Under the pieces are notes generated by a model, which was not told the DNA's origin, ran no database searches, and saw nothing but the letters and a program-made list of their open reading frames with translations. Below, in pieces: positions 23,269 to 33,446 of a DNA stretch of 64,000 nucleotides (positions are counted from its first letter, which is position 1; every line of letters begins with the position of its first letter). Source of the stretch: Bacteroidales bacterium (lineage in GTDB: Bacteria > Bacteroidota > Bacteroidia > Bacteroidales > VadinHA17); contig JBEKDR010000010.1 in assembly GCA_050014255.1 (NCBI GenBank), positions 587 through 64,586 of the forward strand, given 5' to 3'. The position numbers were made by a program, and so were the translations under genes.

Positions 23269-24954
23269 ATGAATGAAGCGATTCAATTAGTCCTTTTCCT
23301 GGTATTACTGGCCGTGTTATCGCCATTGTTAGGTAAATACATGGCAAAGGTCTTCATGGGTGAAAAACATCTTATAAAGCCGGTTTTTGGCTGGCTTGAA
23401 AAACTTGTTTACAGAGCATTAGGAATCAAAAGCGAGGAGGAAATGAACTGGAAGACCTATATGTTTGGAGTCCTTCTTTTCAACCTGTTTGGCTTCGTAT
23501 TTTTGTTTCTTTTGCAAATGGTGCAGGCATATCTGCCTCTGAACACGGAGAAATTGCCAAATGTCTCATGGCATCTTGCATTCAATACTGCTATGAGTTT
23601 CACAACTAACACTAACTGGCAGTCATACAACGGTGAAAATACATTGAGTTACCTGGTACAGATGTTAGGGTTGACTGTTCAGAATTTTGTCAGTGCAGCA
23701 ACCGGTATTGCTGTTGTTCTGGCCCTGATACGCGGGTTGACCCGTAAAACAACTGATGCTCTGGGTAATTTCTGGGCTGATATGACACGGAGCGTGCTTT
23801 ATGTACTGTTACCACTCGCAATTATTCTAAGTATTGCTTTGGTTGGACAGGGAGCAGTACAGACATTTTCACATTATGTCAAAGCAACCACTTTACAGGG
23901 ACCTGAACAGATTATTCCGCTTGGTCCGGCTGCATCGCAAATTGCAATTAAACAACTAGGTACAAACGGAGGTGGCTTCTTTGGTGCAAACAGTGCACAT
24001 CCCTTCGAAAATCCAACGCCATTTTCCAACTTTCTGGAAATGTTTGCCCTTATAATAATATCAGCCGGTTTAGTTTTTACTTTCGGATATTATATGAAAT
24101 CCAAACGCCAGGCACGTGCAATATTTATTACAATGTTTATCCTCTTTGCGGTAGGCATTGCAATATCTCTCTGGTCTGAATACAGTCATAACAATGTATT
24201 GAATGTCTCTGGTGCAATGGAAGGAAAAGAGACCCGTTTTGGAGTAATGAACAGCATCCTGTGGTCAGTTACTACAACAGTTACATCAAATGGTTCAGTT
24301 AATGCCATGCATGATAGTTTATCACCATTGTCAGGATTGGTAGCGATGTTCAACCTGATGCTGGGTGAAATCATTTTTGGAGGTGTAGGATCGGGATTAT
24401 ATGGGATAATTATCTTTATCATACTTACTGTTTTTATTGCAGGACTAATGGTTGGCCGTACTCCGGAGTACCTGGGTAAAAAGATTGAAGCCTATGAGAT
24501 GAAAATGGCCATTCTGGCAGTTTTAGCTCCCAGTATCGTCATCAAATTATTTTCAGCGATTGCTTGCTCGGTACCTGCAGGATTATCAAGTCTTAATAAT
24601 GCGGGGCCCCATGGTCTTTCAGAAATATTATACGCATTCAGTTCGGCTGCCGGGAATAATGGCAGCGCTTTTGGAGGGCTTAACGCAAACACCGTTTTTT
24701 ATAACCTTATGATCGGATTCGGAATGCTGATAGGCCGTTTTGGAATAATCGTTCCTGTAATGGCTATCGCAGGAAGCATGGCTAAGAAAAAGATTACCCC
24801 GGTTTCTTCGGGCACTTTCAGGACTGACAACTGGTTATTTGTTATGTTATTGATAAGTGTTATTCTTATTGTTGGAGGATTGACCTTTTTTCCTCCTCTG
24901 GCCCTTGGTCCTATAGTCGAGCATTTCTTAATGAATCTGGGTGTTACTTTTTAA
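23269..24954 (+). CDS. kdpA: Potassium-transporting ATPase subunit A
   Basis: 561 aa. It contains typical KdpA segments (NTNWQSYNGENTLSYL, QLGTNGGGFFGANSAHPFENPT, GRTPEYLGKKIE). Confidence 0.95.
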   Translation: MNEAIQLVLFLVLLAVLSPLLGKYMAKVFMGEKHLIKPVFGWLEKLVYRALGIKSEEEMNWKTYMFGVLLFNLFGFVFLFLLQMVQAYLPLNTEKLPNVSWHLAFNTAMSFTTNTNWQSYNGENTLSYLVQMLGLTVQNFVSAATGIAVVLALIRGLTRKTTDALGNFWADMTRSVLYVLLPLAIILSIALVGQGAVQTFSHYVKATTLQGPEQIIPLGPAASQIAIKQLGTNGGGFFGANSAHPFENPTPFSNFLEMFALIIISAGLVFTFGYYMKSKRQARAIFITMFILFAVGIAISLWSEYSHNNVLNVSGAMEGKETRFGVMNSILWSVTTTVTSNGSVNAMHDSLSPLSGLVAMFNLMLGEIIFGGVGSGLYGIIIFIILTVFIAGLMVGRTPEYLGKKIEAYEMKMAILAVLAPSIVIKLFSAIACSVPAGLSSLNNAGPHGLSEILYAFSSAAGNNGSAFGGLNANTVFYNLMIGFGMLIGRFGIIVPVMAIAGSMAKKKITPVSSGTFRTDNWLFVMLLISVILIVGGLTFFPPLALGPIVEHFLMNLGVTF

Positions 24955-24972
24955 TTTTTAAAAATTAATAGT

Positions 24973-27060
24973 ATGGAAAAACGAAATATGAATCTGTTTA
25001 CCAGGGAAATTGGTTTACAGGCATTAAAAGATTCTTTTATAAAGTTGAATCCGGCAGCTCTCATAAAAAACCCGGTTATTTTCATCGTCGGAATAGGGGC
25101 ACTTATAACAACTGTGGTTGTATTTGCTGATGTTTTAAAGAGTCACTTTTCTAACTTTGACCTTCAGATCACACTCTGGCTTTGGTTTACTGTCTTGTTT
25201 GCTAATTTTGCAGAAGCCGTTGCTGAAGGTCGTGGAAAGGCTCAGGCAGATAGTTTACGCAAAAGCCGTACTCTGACAAAAGCCCGTAAGCTGGTTCATA
25301 AGAAAGAGGAAATTGTTTTGGCTACTGATCTGAGAAAAGGAGATATCGTCATTTGCGATGCAGGAGAGATTATTCCTGCAGATGGAGATGTAATCGATGG
25401 AATTGCGAGTGTTGATGAATCGGCTATTACGGGTGAATCAGCGCCTGTAATCCGTGAAAGCGGTGGCGATCGTTGTGCTGTGACTGGAGGCACTAAAGTT
25501 ATCAGTGACCAGATTACCATTAAAATAACTTCTGAACCAGGGTTTACATTTTTAGACCGTATAATTGCTTTGGTGGAAGGAGCTAAGCGTCAGAAAACGC
25601 CGAATGAAATTGCATTGATTATCCTTCTGTCGGGTCTTACTATTATCTTCCTTTTAGTAGTTGTTGCTTTGCCGGCTTATTTTGGTTATAGTCTGAAAGC
25701 TTCAGGTGTATCAGCAAATCATAACCTCACTTTGCCTGTACTGATTTCTCTTCTTGTCTGTCTTATTCCCACAACAATCGGAGGTTTGTTGAGTGCTATT
25801 GGTATAAGTGGAATGGACAGACTATTAAGGAAGAATGTTATTGCAACCAGCGGGAAAGCTATAGAAGCAGCAGGAGATACTGATGTACTTCTTCTTGACA
25901 AAACAGGAACTATCACATTAGGAAACCGGATGGCCACTGAGTTTATTCCGGCAGAAGGCTCTACGGTCGAGCAACTGGCCGATGCTTCTCAATTAGCATC
26001 ACTTGCTGATGAAACGCCGGAAGGACGATCGATTGTAGTGTTAGCCAAAGAGCAGTTTAATATCAGGGCGAGAGAGATGCAAAGTTTGGATACGGTATTT
26101 ATCCCATTTACTGCACAGACAAGTATGAGTGGAATAGATTTAAAAAGTCCCGATGGTCAGCTTCGTAGTATCCGGAAAGGATCTTCTTCTGCAATAAGAA
26201 AATTCATTGAAAACAATAATGGATTTTTCCCAAAAAACGTGGAAGAAATTGTTTACGATCTCTCCCGTCAGGGTGCCACACCACTGGTTGTTGCAGAAAA
26301 TAATCAGGTACTAGGTGTCATTCACCTAAAGGATATAGTGAAGGGAGGTATCAAGCAGCGTTTTGCTCAACTCCGGATGATGGGTATCCGTACAATTATG
26401 ATCACAGGCGACAATCCACAAACTGCTGCTGCGATAGCTGCTGAGTCCGGTGTCGATGACTTTCTGGCTGAAGCAAAACCTGAAGACAAACTCCACAGGA
26501 TAAGAGAAGAACAGACTAATGGTCATCTTGTTGGAATGATAGGCGATGGCACAAATGACGCACCTGCCCTGGCCCAGGCTGATGTTGGCCTGGCGATGAA
26601 TACAGGTACACAGGCTGCCCGTGAAGCAGGGAACATGGTTGACCTGGATAGTAACCCCACCAAACTAATTGAAGTAGTTGAAACAGGTAAACAATTGCTG
26701 ATGACCCGTGGTGCTCTGACTACATTCAGTATTGCGAATGATGTTGCTAAATATTTTGCCATAATTCCAGCTATAGCTACATTATTATATGTAACATCAT
26801 CAGGAGTAGCTCCTTTAAGTGTTCTCAATATAATGAAACTTACTTCTCCTGAAAGTGCTATATTAAGTGCGGTCATATTCAATGCCTTAATCATTGTGGC
26901 TCTTATTCCGCTTGCCCTGCGGGGAGTTAAATACAGGCCAATATCAGCTAACAGGGTTCTTGCACTGAATATTGTTATCTATGGCATAGGAGGAATTATA
27001 GTTCCGTTTATAGGAATCAAGCTGATCGATATGCTGCTTGTTTCCATACACATGATTTAA
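24973..27060 (+). CDS. kdpB: Potassium-transporting P-type ATPase subunit B
   Basis: 695 aa. It has the DKTGTIT phosphorylation motif, the TGDN and [10 protein letters not shown] hinge motifs and the TGES actuator motif. Confidence 0.95.
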   Translation: MEKRNMNLFTREIGLQALKDSFIKLNPAALIKNPVIFIVGIGALITTVVVFADVLKSHFSNFDLQITLWLWFTVLFANFAEAVAEGRGKAQADSLRKSRTLTKARKLVHKKEEIVLATDLRKGDIVICDAGEIIPADGDVIDGIASVDESAITGESAPVIRESGGDRCAVTGGTKVISDQITIKITSEPGFTFLDRIIALVEGAKRQKTPNEIALIILLSGLTIIFLLVVVALPAYFGYSLKASGVSANHNLTLPVLISLLVCLIPTTIGGLLSAIGISGMDRLLRKNVIATSGKAIEAAGDTDVLLLDKTGTITLGNRMATEFIPAEGSTVEQLADASQLASLADETPEGRSIVVLAKEQFNIRAREMQSLDTVFIPFTAQTSMSGIDLKSPDGQLRSIRKGSSSAIRKFIENNNGFFPKNVEEIVYDLSRQGATPLVVAENNQVLGVIHLKDIVKGGIKQRFAQLRMMGIRTIMITGDNPQTAAAIAAESGVDDFLAEAKPEDKLHRIREEQTNGHLVGMIGDGTNDAPALAQADVGLAMNTGTQAAREAGNMVDLDSNPTKLIEVVETGKQLLMTRGALTTFSIANDVAKYFAIIPAIATLLYVTSSGVAPLSVLNIMKLTSPESAILSAVIFNALIIVALIPLALRGVKYRPISANRVLALNIVIYGIGGIIVPFIGIKLIDMLLVSIHMI

Positions 27061-27095
27061 AAATCATAACAATTAATAAATTTGTAGAGATTATT

Positions 27096-27668
27096 ATGAA
27101 AACACAAACGATTATAGCTTTAAAATTTTTACTGGTTATGACCATCCTGACTGGAATTATCTATCCACTCTTTATGACAGCCGTTGCACAATTGAGTTTC
27201 CACTCCAAGGCAAACGGGAGTCTGATAATGAACGGTGGTAAAGTTATTGGCTCAGAGCTCATTGGCCAGAAGTTCGATACTAGTATCTATTTCTGGTCGA
27301 GACCATCGGCTATTGGTTATAACCCAATTCCCTCAGGAGCGTCGAACTACGGTCCTACCAGCGATACCTTAAAAAAGCAGGTTACGGCTCGACGGATATT
27401 ATTTGCGAAAATGAATTCAATACCAGACCCCTTATCGACTCCAAAAGAAATGGCATTTGCATCGGGAAGCGGGCTCGACCCGCATATTTCCCCTGAAGCA
27501 GCATTAATGCAGGTGGACCGTATAGCCCTGTCGAGGCGTTTTGACAGCAGTCAAAAAGAAAAACTTCTGAAAAAAATAAACGAAATGACGGAATCACCTC
27601 AGTTTTTATGTTTAGGTGAACGGCGAATCAATGTATTAATGTTAAATTTAGAACTTGATAAAATATAG
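27096..27668 (+). CDS. kdpC: Potassium-transporting ATPase subunit C
   Basis: 190 aa with an N-terminal TM helix. It has KdpC motifs (GSELIGQ, SGASNYGPTS, SGSGLDPHISP). Confidence 0.9.
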   Translation: MKTQTIIALKFLLVMTILTGIIYPLFMTAVAQLSFHSKANGSLIMNGGKVIGSELIGQKFDTSIYFWSRPSAIGYNPIPSGASNYGPTSDTLKKQVTARRILFAKMNSIPDPLSTPKEMAFASGSGLDPHISPEAALMQVDRIALSRRFDSSQKEKLLKKINEMTESPQFLCLGERRINVLMLNLELDKI

Positions 27669-27702
27669 GGCAGAAAACTGATAATCGCTAAAGTACTTCA
27701 TC

Positions 27703-28593
27703 ATGAAACATTCAATCCGCACAAGATTTACTCTCGGTATGATTTTTTTATTTCTGATCATTTTAGTGTTATCAGTTTTTTCTGGTTATTATATGAATAA
27801 ACTATCAAATAAAACCAGTGCAATCCTCAAGGAAAACTATCTATCAGTGGTTTATGCCCGCGAAATGTCGGAAGGTATAATGAATATAAACCAGGAACTT
27901 ACAACCAGCTTTCTAATGAAAAGAAATCCAGATAGCTTAAGAATTATGAAAGAACTTAACTCTATAAATATATCGCTTTCAGCAGAAAAAAACAATATAA
28001 CAGAACCTGGTGAGGACAAACTTGTTGCAAGTATAGAAACAGGTTTTGTTGAATACAGGGATGCTGCAATGCACTATGCAAAATATCCAAAATCTGAAAA
28101 CGAAATGCTATATCTGCAGAATAAATCCGGCGATCTGTATCAGCAGTTGTTGCTATTATCCCAGATGAACGGAAAAGCTCTTGAAGTTAAAACTGATGAT
28201 GCGAAGGCTTCATCAAAAAATGCCCTGACTAAAATGACTTTTCTGGCAACCTTATGTTTTTTGATAGGCATGAGTTTTGCTTTTAGTTTTGCATCATATT
28301 TCAACAGGAGGTTTTTCCAATTATACTATGGGATAAAAGAAATTGTTTCAAGCAACTTTGATGAACGCCTTTTTTTCGATGGGAAAGATGAATTCTACGA
28401 AATTTCGTTAGTTATTAATGAAATGGCTGAGAAATTAAAGAAAAGCAAACAAAAAACGCCTGTAACTTTACTGGATGATCATGCAAATGATCTGGCTTAT
28501 AATGACGTTGAGGAGCTGAAAAAGATGCTCTTCAGGATAAAAAGTATGGAAGAACAGGCAGCAGCGCTAATATCAAAATTCGAAAAAAAGTAA
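27703..28593 (+). CDS. Membrane sensor-like protein: TM - periplasmic four-helix-bundle (4HB_MCP-like) - TM - HAMP-like segment, with no output domain
   Basis: 296 aa. TM1 is LGMIFLFLIILVLSVFSGYYM and TM2 is MTFLATLCFLIGMSFAFSFASYF. The HAMP-like stretch is FQLYYGIKEIVSSNFDERLFFDGKDEFYEISLVINEMAEKL, followed by a short coiled coil and then the stop. Confidence 0.65.
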   Translation: MKHSIRTRFTLGMIFLFLIILVLSVFSGYYMNKLSNKTSAILKENYLSVVYAREMSEGIMNINQELTTSFLMKRNPDSLRIMKELNSINISLSAEKNNITEPGEDKLVASIETGFVEYRDAAMHYAKYPKSENEMLYLQNKSGDLYQQLLLLSQMNGKALEVKTDDAKASSKNALTKMTFLATLCFLIGMSFAFSFASYFNRRFFQLYYGIKEIVSSNFDERLFFDGKDEFYEISLVINEMAEKLKKSKQKTPVTLLDDHANDLAYNDVEELKKMLFRIKSMEEQAAALISKFEKK

Positions 28594-28599
28594 GATTAT

Positions 28600-31272
28600 A
28601 TGGATTTTACAGACAGCCGCCCGGATCCCGATGAACTTTTGGCTTCCTTAAAGTTACAGGAAGAAAAAAGTAAACGTGGCAAGCTGAAGATATTCTTTGG
28701 AATGTGTGCCGGCGTTGGTAAGACTTATACAATGCTTCAAACAGCACAAGCTGAGAAGTCTAAAGGGTGCGATATTATTATTGGTTATGTTGAAACTCAT
28801 AACCGGAAGGAGACGGCCGAACTGGCAAAGGGATTTGATTTGATTCCCCGCAAAACCTATCAATACAAATCAACCATTGTGGAGGAGATGGATCTCGATG
28901 CAATAATAGCACGAAAACCACAACTTGTTCTCGTTGACGAACTTGCACATACAAATGCTCCTGATAGCCGGCATACAAAAAGGTATCAGGACGTTTTAGA
29001 GATACTGGATAATGGCATTAATGTGTATACTACAGTTAATGTTCAGCATCTCGAGAGCCGTTCAGATACCGTTGCCCAGATTACAGGTATAATTGTCCGG
29101 GAAACCGTGCCGGATGAAATCTTTGAAAATGCCGATGAAATTGAAGTTATAGACCTTACTCCTGATGAACTGTTACAAAGACTTTCAGAGGGGAAGGTAT
29201 ATACTCCGGAACGATCAAAAGAGGCCATCGAAAGTTTTTTTCGCAAAGGAAACATCACAGCTTTACGTGAAATGGCGTTGCGAATAGTTGCCGACAGAGT
29301 GGACAAGCAGCTGCATGAATATATGCAGCTCAAACGCATAAGAGGACCGTGGAAATCTGGGTTACATTTGTTAGTTGCAGTAAGTCATACGCAGCAGTCT
29401 GCTAAATTACTCCGATGGGCTAAAAACCTTTCTTATACTATGGGTGCAGATCTGCAGGCAATCTATGTTGAGACTTCGTACAGACCTGACACTAAAGAAA
29501 GTGAACAACTGAATAAGAATATCAACCTTGCCAGGCAGCTTGGAATTAAGTTCCGTTTTATTACCAATAATGACATGGTTAAAGCAATTGTGGATTTCGC
29601 CCAGAAAGAAAATATTACACATATCATAATTGGAAAGCCAAGGGTGCGTAACCTTTTGACCCTGCTTCGGCTTGGAAACTTTGTAAACAGACTTATTCGT
29701 TACAGCGGTAATATAGATGTGTATATATTAGGTTCCGATATTCAGGCGAAAGACAAGTTTAAAGAAAAAGTCTCTTTGCCGTCCTTCACTTCAAATATAC
29801 GGCAATATTTATTAGCTTCATTAATTGTCATTCTTACCGCAACAATTTGTTTTTCGATAAAAGAAATTATTGTTTACCAGGTTGTTTCTTATGTATTATT
29901 GTTTGTTGTGTCAGCCCTGGCATTTTTCTTTGGTACCGGGCCAATTTTATTATCTGCAACGTTGAGCGCACTCATCTGGGATTTCTTTTTTATACCACCA
30001 GCCTATACTTTTCATGTTAATAAGCCGGAAGATATGCTTATGCTTATAATGTTTTTCATTATTGCATTGCTAAGCGGAGTGCTGACATCAAGAATAAAGA
30101 GGCAGGAAATGAAGATCAGGATACGTGAGGAGCGCACAAATGCTCTGTACCAGCTTACCAGGGAGCTCTCTACAGCCACAGGTATCCAGGAAGTTATAAG
30201 TATTGCAAAAAACGACATTAAGAAATATTTTAATCTTAATTGCCGGATATTACTTAAAAATGATGAAAATCAGCTTGAATACTCAAGTAAAAAAGATACA
30301 AGCTTTACCATTTCAAAAAATGATATGAGTGTCGCGGCCTGGACATTTCAACACTCTACCAAGGCAGGAAAGCATACTGATACTTTGCCCTCAGCCAATT
30401 TTACCTTTTACCCTTTAAAAGGAAATCAGATGAACCTGGGAGTAATTGCGATTCAACAGGAAATTGTATTTACTCAGGGAGAAGAACAATTCTGGGAGGC
30501 ATTTATTTCCCAGATATCAGGAAAGTTCGAAAGGGAATATCTGAGAGATATGGCTAAACAGGCTTTTTTATTAAACGAATCAGATAAGCTTTATAAAACG
30601 CTTTTTAATTCCATATCGCACGAACTGAGGATACCTGTTGCAACAATTATGGGTGCTTCTGACTCTTTGCTTATAACACAACATACGGAGGAAATACGTA
30701 ATGAACTTTCTAATGAAATATTCAAGGCCTCTAAAAGACTAAACCGCCTTATAGAAAATCTTCTGAACATGTCGAGACTGGAAAGCGGACGGATAACTCC
30801 GCGACTTGACTGGTGCGACATACATGACCTTGTTAACAAAGTCATTGAAAGCCTTCAGGATGAACTTAAACCATTTAACCTTCATATTGTTATACCTGAT
30901 GATATGCCTTTTGTCAAGATTGACTTCGGACTAATGGAACAGGTGCTATATAATCTGATTCATAATGCAACTCAGTATGCTGCCTCCTCAACAAATCTGA
31001 GGGTTAAGGCATTCTATGACAATGGAATAATGACTCTGCAGGTAATGGACAGAGGTCCGGGTTTTCCTGCAAAGGAAATATCACTTATATTTAACAAGTT
31101 CTACAGAGTCGAAGGATCAAAAGCAGGAGGTACAGGTCTGGGGCTCTCAATTGCAAAAGGCTTTACTGAAGCTCACAAGGGAACAATAACTGTAGAAAAC
31201 CGGCAAAACGGAGGAGCAAAATTTACTATTAAAATACCAACAGAAATTCCACAGGCAGAATTAAAAGTATAA
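28600..31272 (+). CDS. kdpD: Sensor histidine kinase KdpD (full length: KdpD N-domain, USP, TM block, GAF-like, HisKA, HATPase)
   Basis: 890 aa. It has the N-terminal GKLKIFFGMCAGVGKTYTML, the H-box FNSISHELRIPV and the G-boxes DRGPGF / GGTGLGLSIAKG. Confidence 0.9.
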   Translation: MDFTDSRPDPDELLASLKLQEEKSKRGKLKIFFGMCAGVGKTYTMLQTAQAEKSKGCDIIIGYVETHNRKETAELAKGFDLIPRKTYQYKSTIVEEMDLDAIIARKPQLVLVDELAHTNAPDSRHTKRYQDVLEILDNGINVYTTVNVQHLESRSDTVAQITGIIVRETVPDEIFENADEIEVIDLTPDELLQRLSEGKVYTPERSKEAIESFFRKGNITALREMALRIVADRVDKQLHEYMQLKRIRGPWKSGLHLLVAVSHTQQSAKLLRWAKNLSYTMGADLQAIYVETSYRPDTKESEQLNKNINLARQLGIKFRFITNNDMVKAIVDFAQKENITHIIIGKPRVRNLLTLLRLGNFVNRLIRYSGNIDVYILGSDIQAKDKFKEKVSLPSFTSNIRQYLLASLIVILTATICFSIKEIIVYQVVSYVLLFVVSALAFFFGTGPILLSATLSALIWDFFFIPPAYTFHVNKPEDMLMLIMFFIIALLSGVLTSRIKRQEMKIRIREERTNALYQLTRELSTATGIQEVISIAKNDIKKYFNLNCRILLKNDENQLEYSSKKDTSFTISKNDMSVAAWTFQHSTKAGKHTDTLPSANFTFYPLKGNQMNLGVIAIQQEIVFTQGEEQFWEAFISQISGKFEREYLRDMAKQAFLLNESDKLYKTLFNSISHELRIPVATIMGASDSLLITQHTEEIRNELSNEIFKASKRLNRLIENLLNMSRLESGRITPRLDWCDIHDLVNKVIESLQDELKPFNLHIVIPDDMPFVKIDFGLMEQVLYNLIHNATQYAASSTNLRVKAFYDNGIMTLQVMDRGPGFPAKEISLIFNKFYRVEGSKAGGTGLGLSIAKGFTEAHKGTITVENRQNGGAKFTIKIPTEIPQAELKV

Positions 31273-31283
31273 ACCACTGATAA

Positions 31284-31967
31284 ATGAATCTACCCGACAC
31301 AATACTGGTTATTGACGATGAAGTACAGATTCGCCGTTTACTTGAAATAACACTTTCATCAAATGGGTTTAAGATTTCTGAAGCTGGTACAGGTAAAGAA
31401 GGACTTATTTCTGCTGCAACATATAACCCGACACTTATTATTCTTGATCTTGGCTTGCCAGATATAAATGGTTTTGAAATTCTGAAAAAAATCAGGGAGT
31501 GGTACCAGAAGCCCATCATAATTCTTTCTGTAAAGAATTCTGAGGAAGATATAATTAATGCTCTTGACAACGGTGCAAATGATTTCCTTACTAAACCCTT
31601 CAGAACGGGAGAACTTCTTGCACGCATCAGGGCGGCTCTAAGGCATATCCCCGGAAGCGAAATTGATCCAAATCTAACCTTTGGCAATCTCACTATTGAT
31701 CTGGTAAATCATATCGCCCGGAAGAATGATGATATTTTAAAATTAACATCCACTGAGTTTTCATTGCTGGCGCTCCTGGCGAAGAATTCAGGAAGGGTAT
31801 TGACCCATCAAACCATTTTAAAGGAAATATGGGGTTTCGGATATTTGGGACAGACACAAATTTTAAGAGTATTTGTAGCTCAGCTCCGGAAAAAGATCGA
31901 GGACGATCCGGCTAAACCAAAGTTTCTGATTACCGAATCCGGAATAGGATACCGGTTTCATGAATAG
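31284..31967 (+). CDS. kdpE: OmpR-family response regulator KdpE
   Basis: 227 aa. It has a receiver domain (VIDDE, IILDLGLPDINGF, SVKNSE) and a winged-helix domain ending GIGYRF. It lies immediately after kdpD. Confidence 0.9.
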   Translation: MNLPDTILVIDDEVQIRRLLEITLSSNGFKISEAGTGKEGLISAATYNPTLIILDLGLPDINGFEILKKIREWYQKPIIILSVKNSEEDIINALDNGANDFLTKPFRTGELLARIRAALRHIPGSEIDPNLTFGNLTIDLVNHIARKNDDILKLTSTEFSLLALLAKNSGRVLTHQTILKEIWGFGYLGQTQILRVFVAQLRKKIEDDPAKPKFLITESGIGYRFHE

Positions 31968-31976
31968 GGGGGCAAA

Positions 31977-33347
31977 TCAGAACTCAATTATCTTCTCCAC
32001 CCTATTGCTCCTAAGATACTGTTTCAGAATAACCTGGATATCACTGTTATCAAATGAAGGTTTTATACATTCATGAACTGCGGCAAGACCGAACCCCATA
32101 TCATTAATGTTAAAATATCCATAACCGGCATATTTTCCATTTACGATCTTAACAGCGCAACGTTCTTCCTCATCACGTCCCTTATCAATAATAAAAAAAT
32201 TACGTCTCATAAAAATGAATTCTTCAGTTGCTTTTGATACCCGTTCATTATATTCCTCCGGAGACTCCTTTCCAATGCAAGCTCCCTTACAGATTCCGAC
32301 CTGATAATGGAAACAGGCTCCTTCAGTTTCGTACAGACCTGAAAGCTTCTGACAAAGAGCGTATGTTTCAACAAGTGAGCTTAATTTAGATTTCGTTTTT
32401 TCCTTTGAGGTGAATACTGAAACAGGAACTTCATCATCGTTAATCTGTCCGTAACGGTAATTGATGTAACCATTCTGATCGACAAAACTAAAAATGCCCC
32501 ATTGAAACCCGGTTCTCCGTTGCGCCCTGTTATATACAGGTTTGTTAAACTTAATTTCAAAAGATTCCTTGAGTAGTGCAATGAGTTCACTTCCGGTTGT
32601 TTCCCAGTCAATATCGGCTATCAGATCGCGCATTTCCATAGCACGGTTTGTGGAGTTGTTCGAGAGATGTGTGCTGATTCTCTGCTGTAGATTACGACTC
32701 TTTCCAATATAAATCAGATCACCCTTCTCATTATAGAAATAGTATATTCCGGGTTCTTCAGGGATCTTTTCGATTTTAGTGATATCGAGCTTCGGATTTA
32801 GTTTTGATATTCTGGTGTTTTTCAGAAGAGAAGATTTGCTGCCGTTGAGCTCAATGTCTTTAGCAATAAGAATCTCGAAGAGCTTCACTGTAGCCAGCGC
32901 ATCGCCTGAAGCCCTGTGTCTCCCATTAATTGAAATGCTCAGATCCTTGCAGATATTGCCTAAACTGTACGACCCGTGTCCGGGAAGAAGTTTTCTGCTG
33001 AGCGCTACTGTATCAAGAATACTTCTTTTAAAATTAAAGCCAAGAGATTTATATTCCTGCCTGATAAATGAATAATCAAACCGTGCGTTGTGTGCAACAA
33101 AAATTCTTCCTTCAGTAAGTTCAATTATCTTTTTCGCAATCTCATAAAAACATGGAGCGTCTTCAACCATTTCGTTGGTTATCCCTGTGAGGCTGGTAAT
33201 GAAATACGGGATATTCCTTTCCGGGTTAACAAGTGATATAAATTCTCCGGTTATCTCATTTCCATCATGAAGATAAATAGCGATTTCAGTGATTTTTTCA
33301 ATAAGTGCACTACCTCCAGTGGTCTCAATATCAACAATCGCATACAT
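31977..33347 (-). CDS. DEDD 3'-5' exonuclease (DnaQ/epsilon-like) fused to a GIY-YIG nuclease domain and a Cys-rich segment
   Basis: It has the N-terminal MYAIVDIETTGG (Exo I) and HNARFDYSF, then GIYYFYNEKGDLIYIGKSRNLQQRISTH (GIY-YIG), then CFHYQVGICKGACIG. Confidence 0.8.
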   Translation of the reverse strand: MYAIVDIETTGGSALIEKITEIAIYLHDGNEITGEFISLVNPERNIPYFITSLTGITNEMVEDAPCFYEIAKKIIELTEGRIFVAHNARFDYSFIRQEYKSLGFNFKRSILDTVALSRKLLPGHGSYSLGNICKDLSISINGRHRASGDALATVKLFEILIAKDIELNGSKSSLLKNTRISKLNPKLDITKIEKIPEEPGIYYFYNEKGDLIYIGKSRNLQQRISTHLSNNSTNRAMEMRDLIADIDWETTGSELIALLKESFEIKFNKPVYNRAQRRTGFQWGIFSFVDQNGYINYRYGQINDDEVPVSVFTSKEKTKSKLSSLVETYALCQKLSGLYETEGACFHYQVGICKGACIGKESPEEYNERVSKATEEFIFMRRNFFIIDKGRDEEERCAVKIVNGKYAGYGYFNINDMGFGLAAVHECIKPSFDNSDIQVILKQYLRSNRVEKIIEF

Positions 33348-33417
33348 ACCTTGAAGTTTCCCTTGAATTGTGACTACGAATATAATGAGAATTGAGTGTA
33401 GTCTGGCTGATAGTTAG

Positions 33418-33425
33418 TATTTTTG
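33418..33425 (+). promoter_or_regulatory. Candidate -7 box TATTTTTG (TAnnTTTG)
   Basis: Exact motif match 22 nt upstream of the ATG at 33447. Confidence 0.3.
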
Positions 33426-33446
33426 TGATGACATTGACTTTTTATC

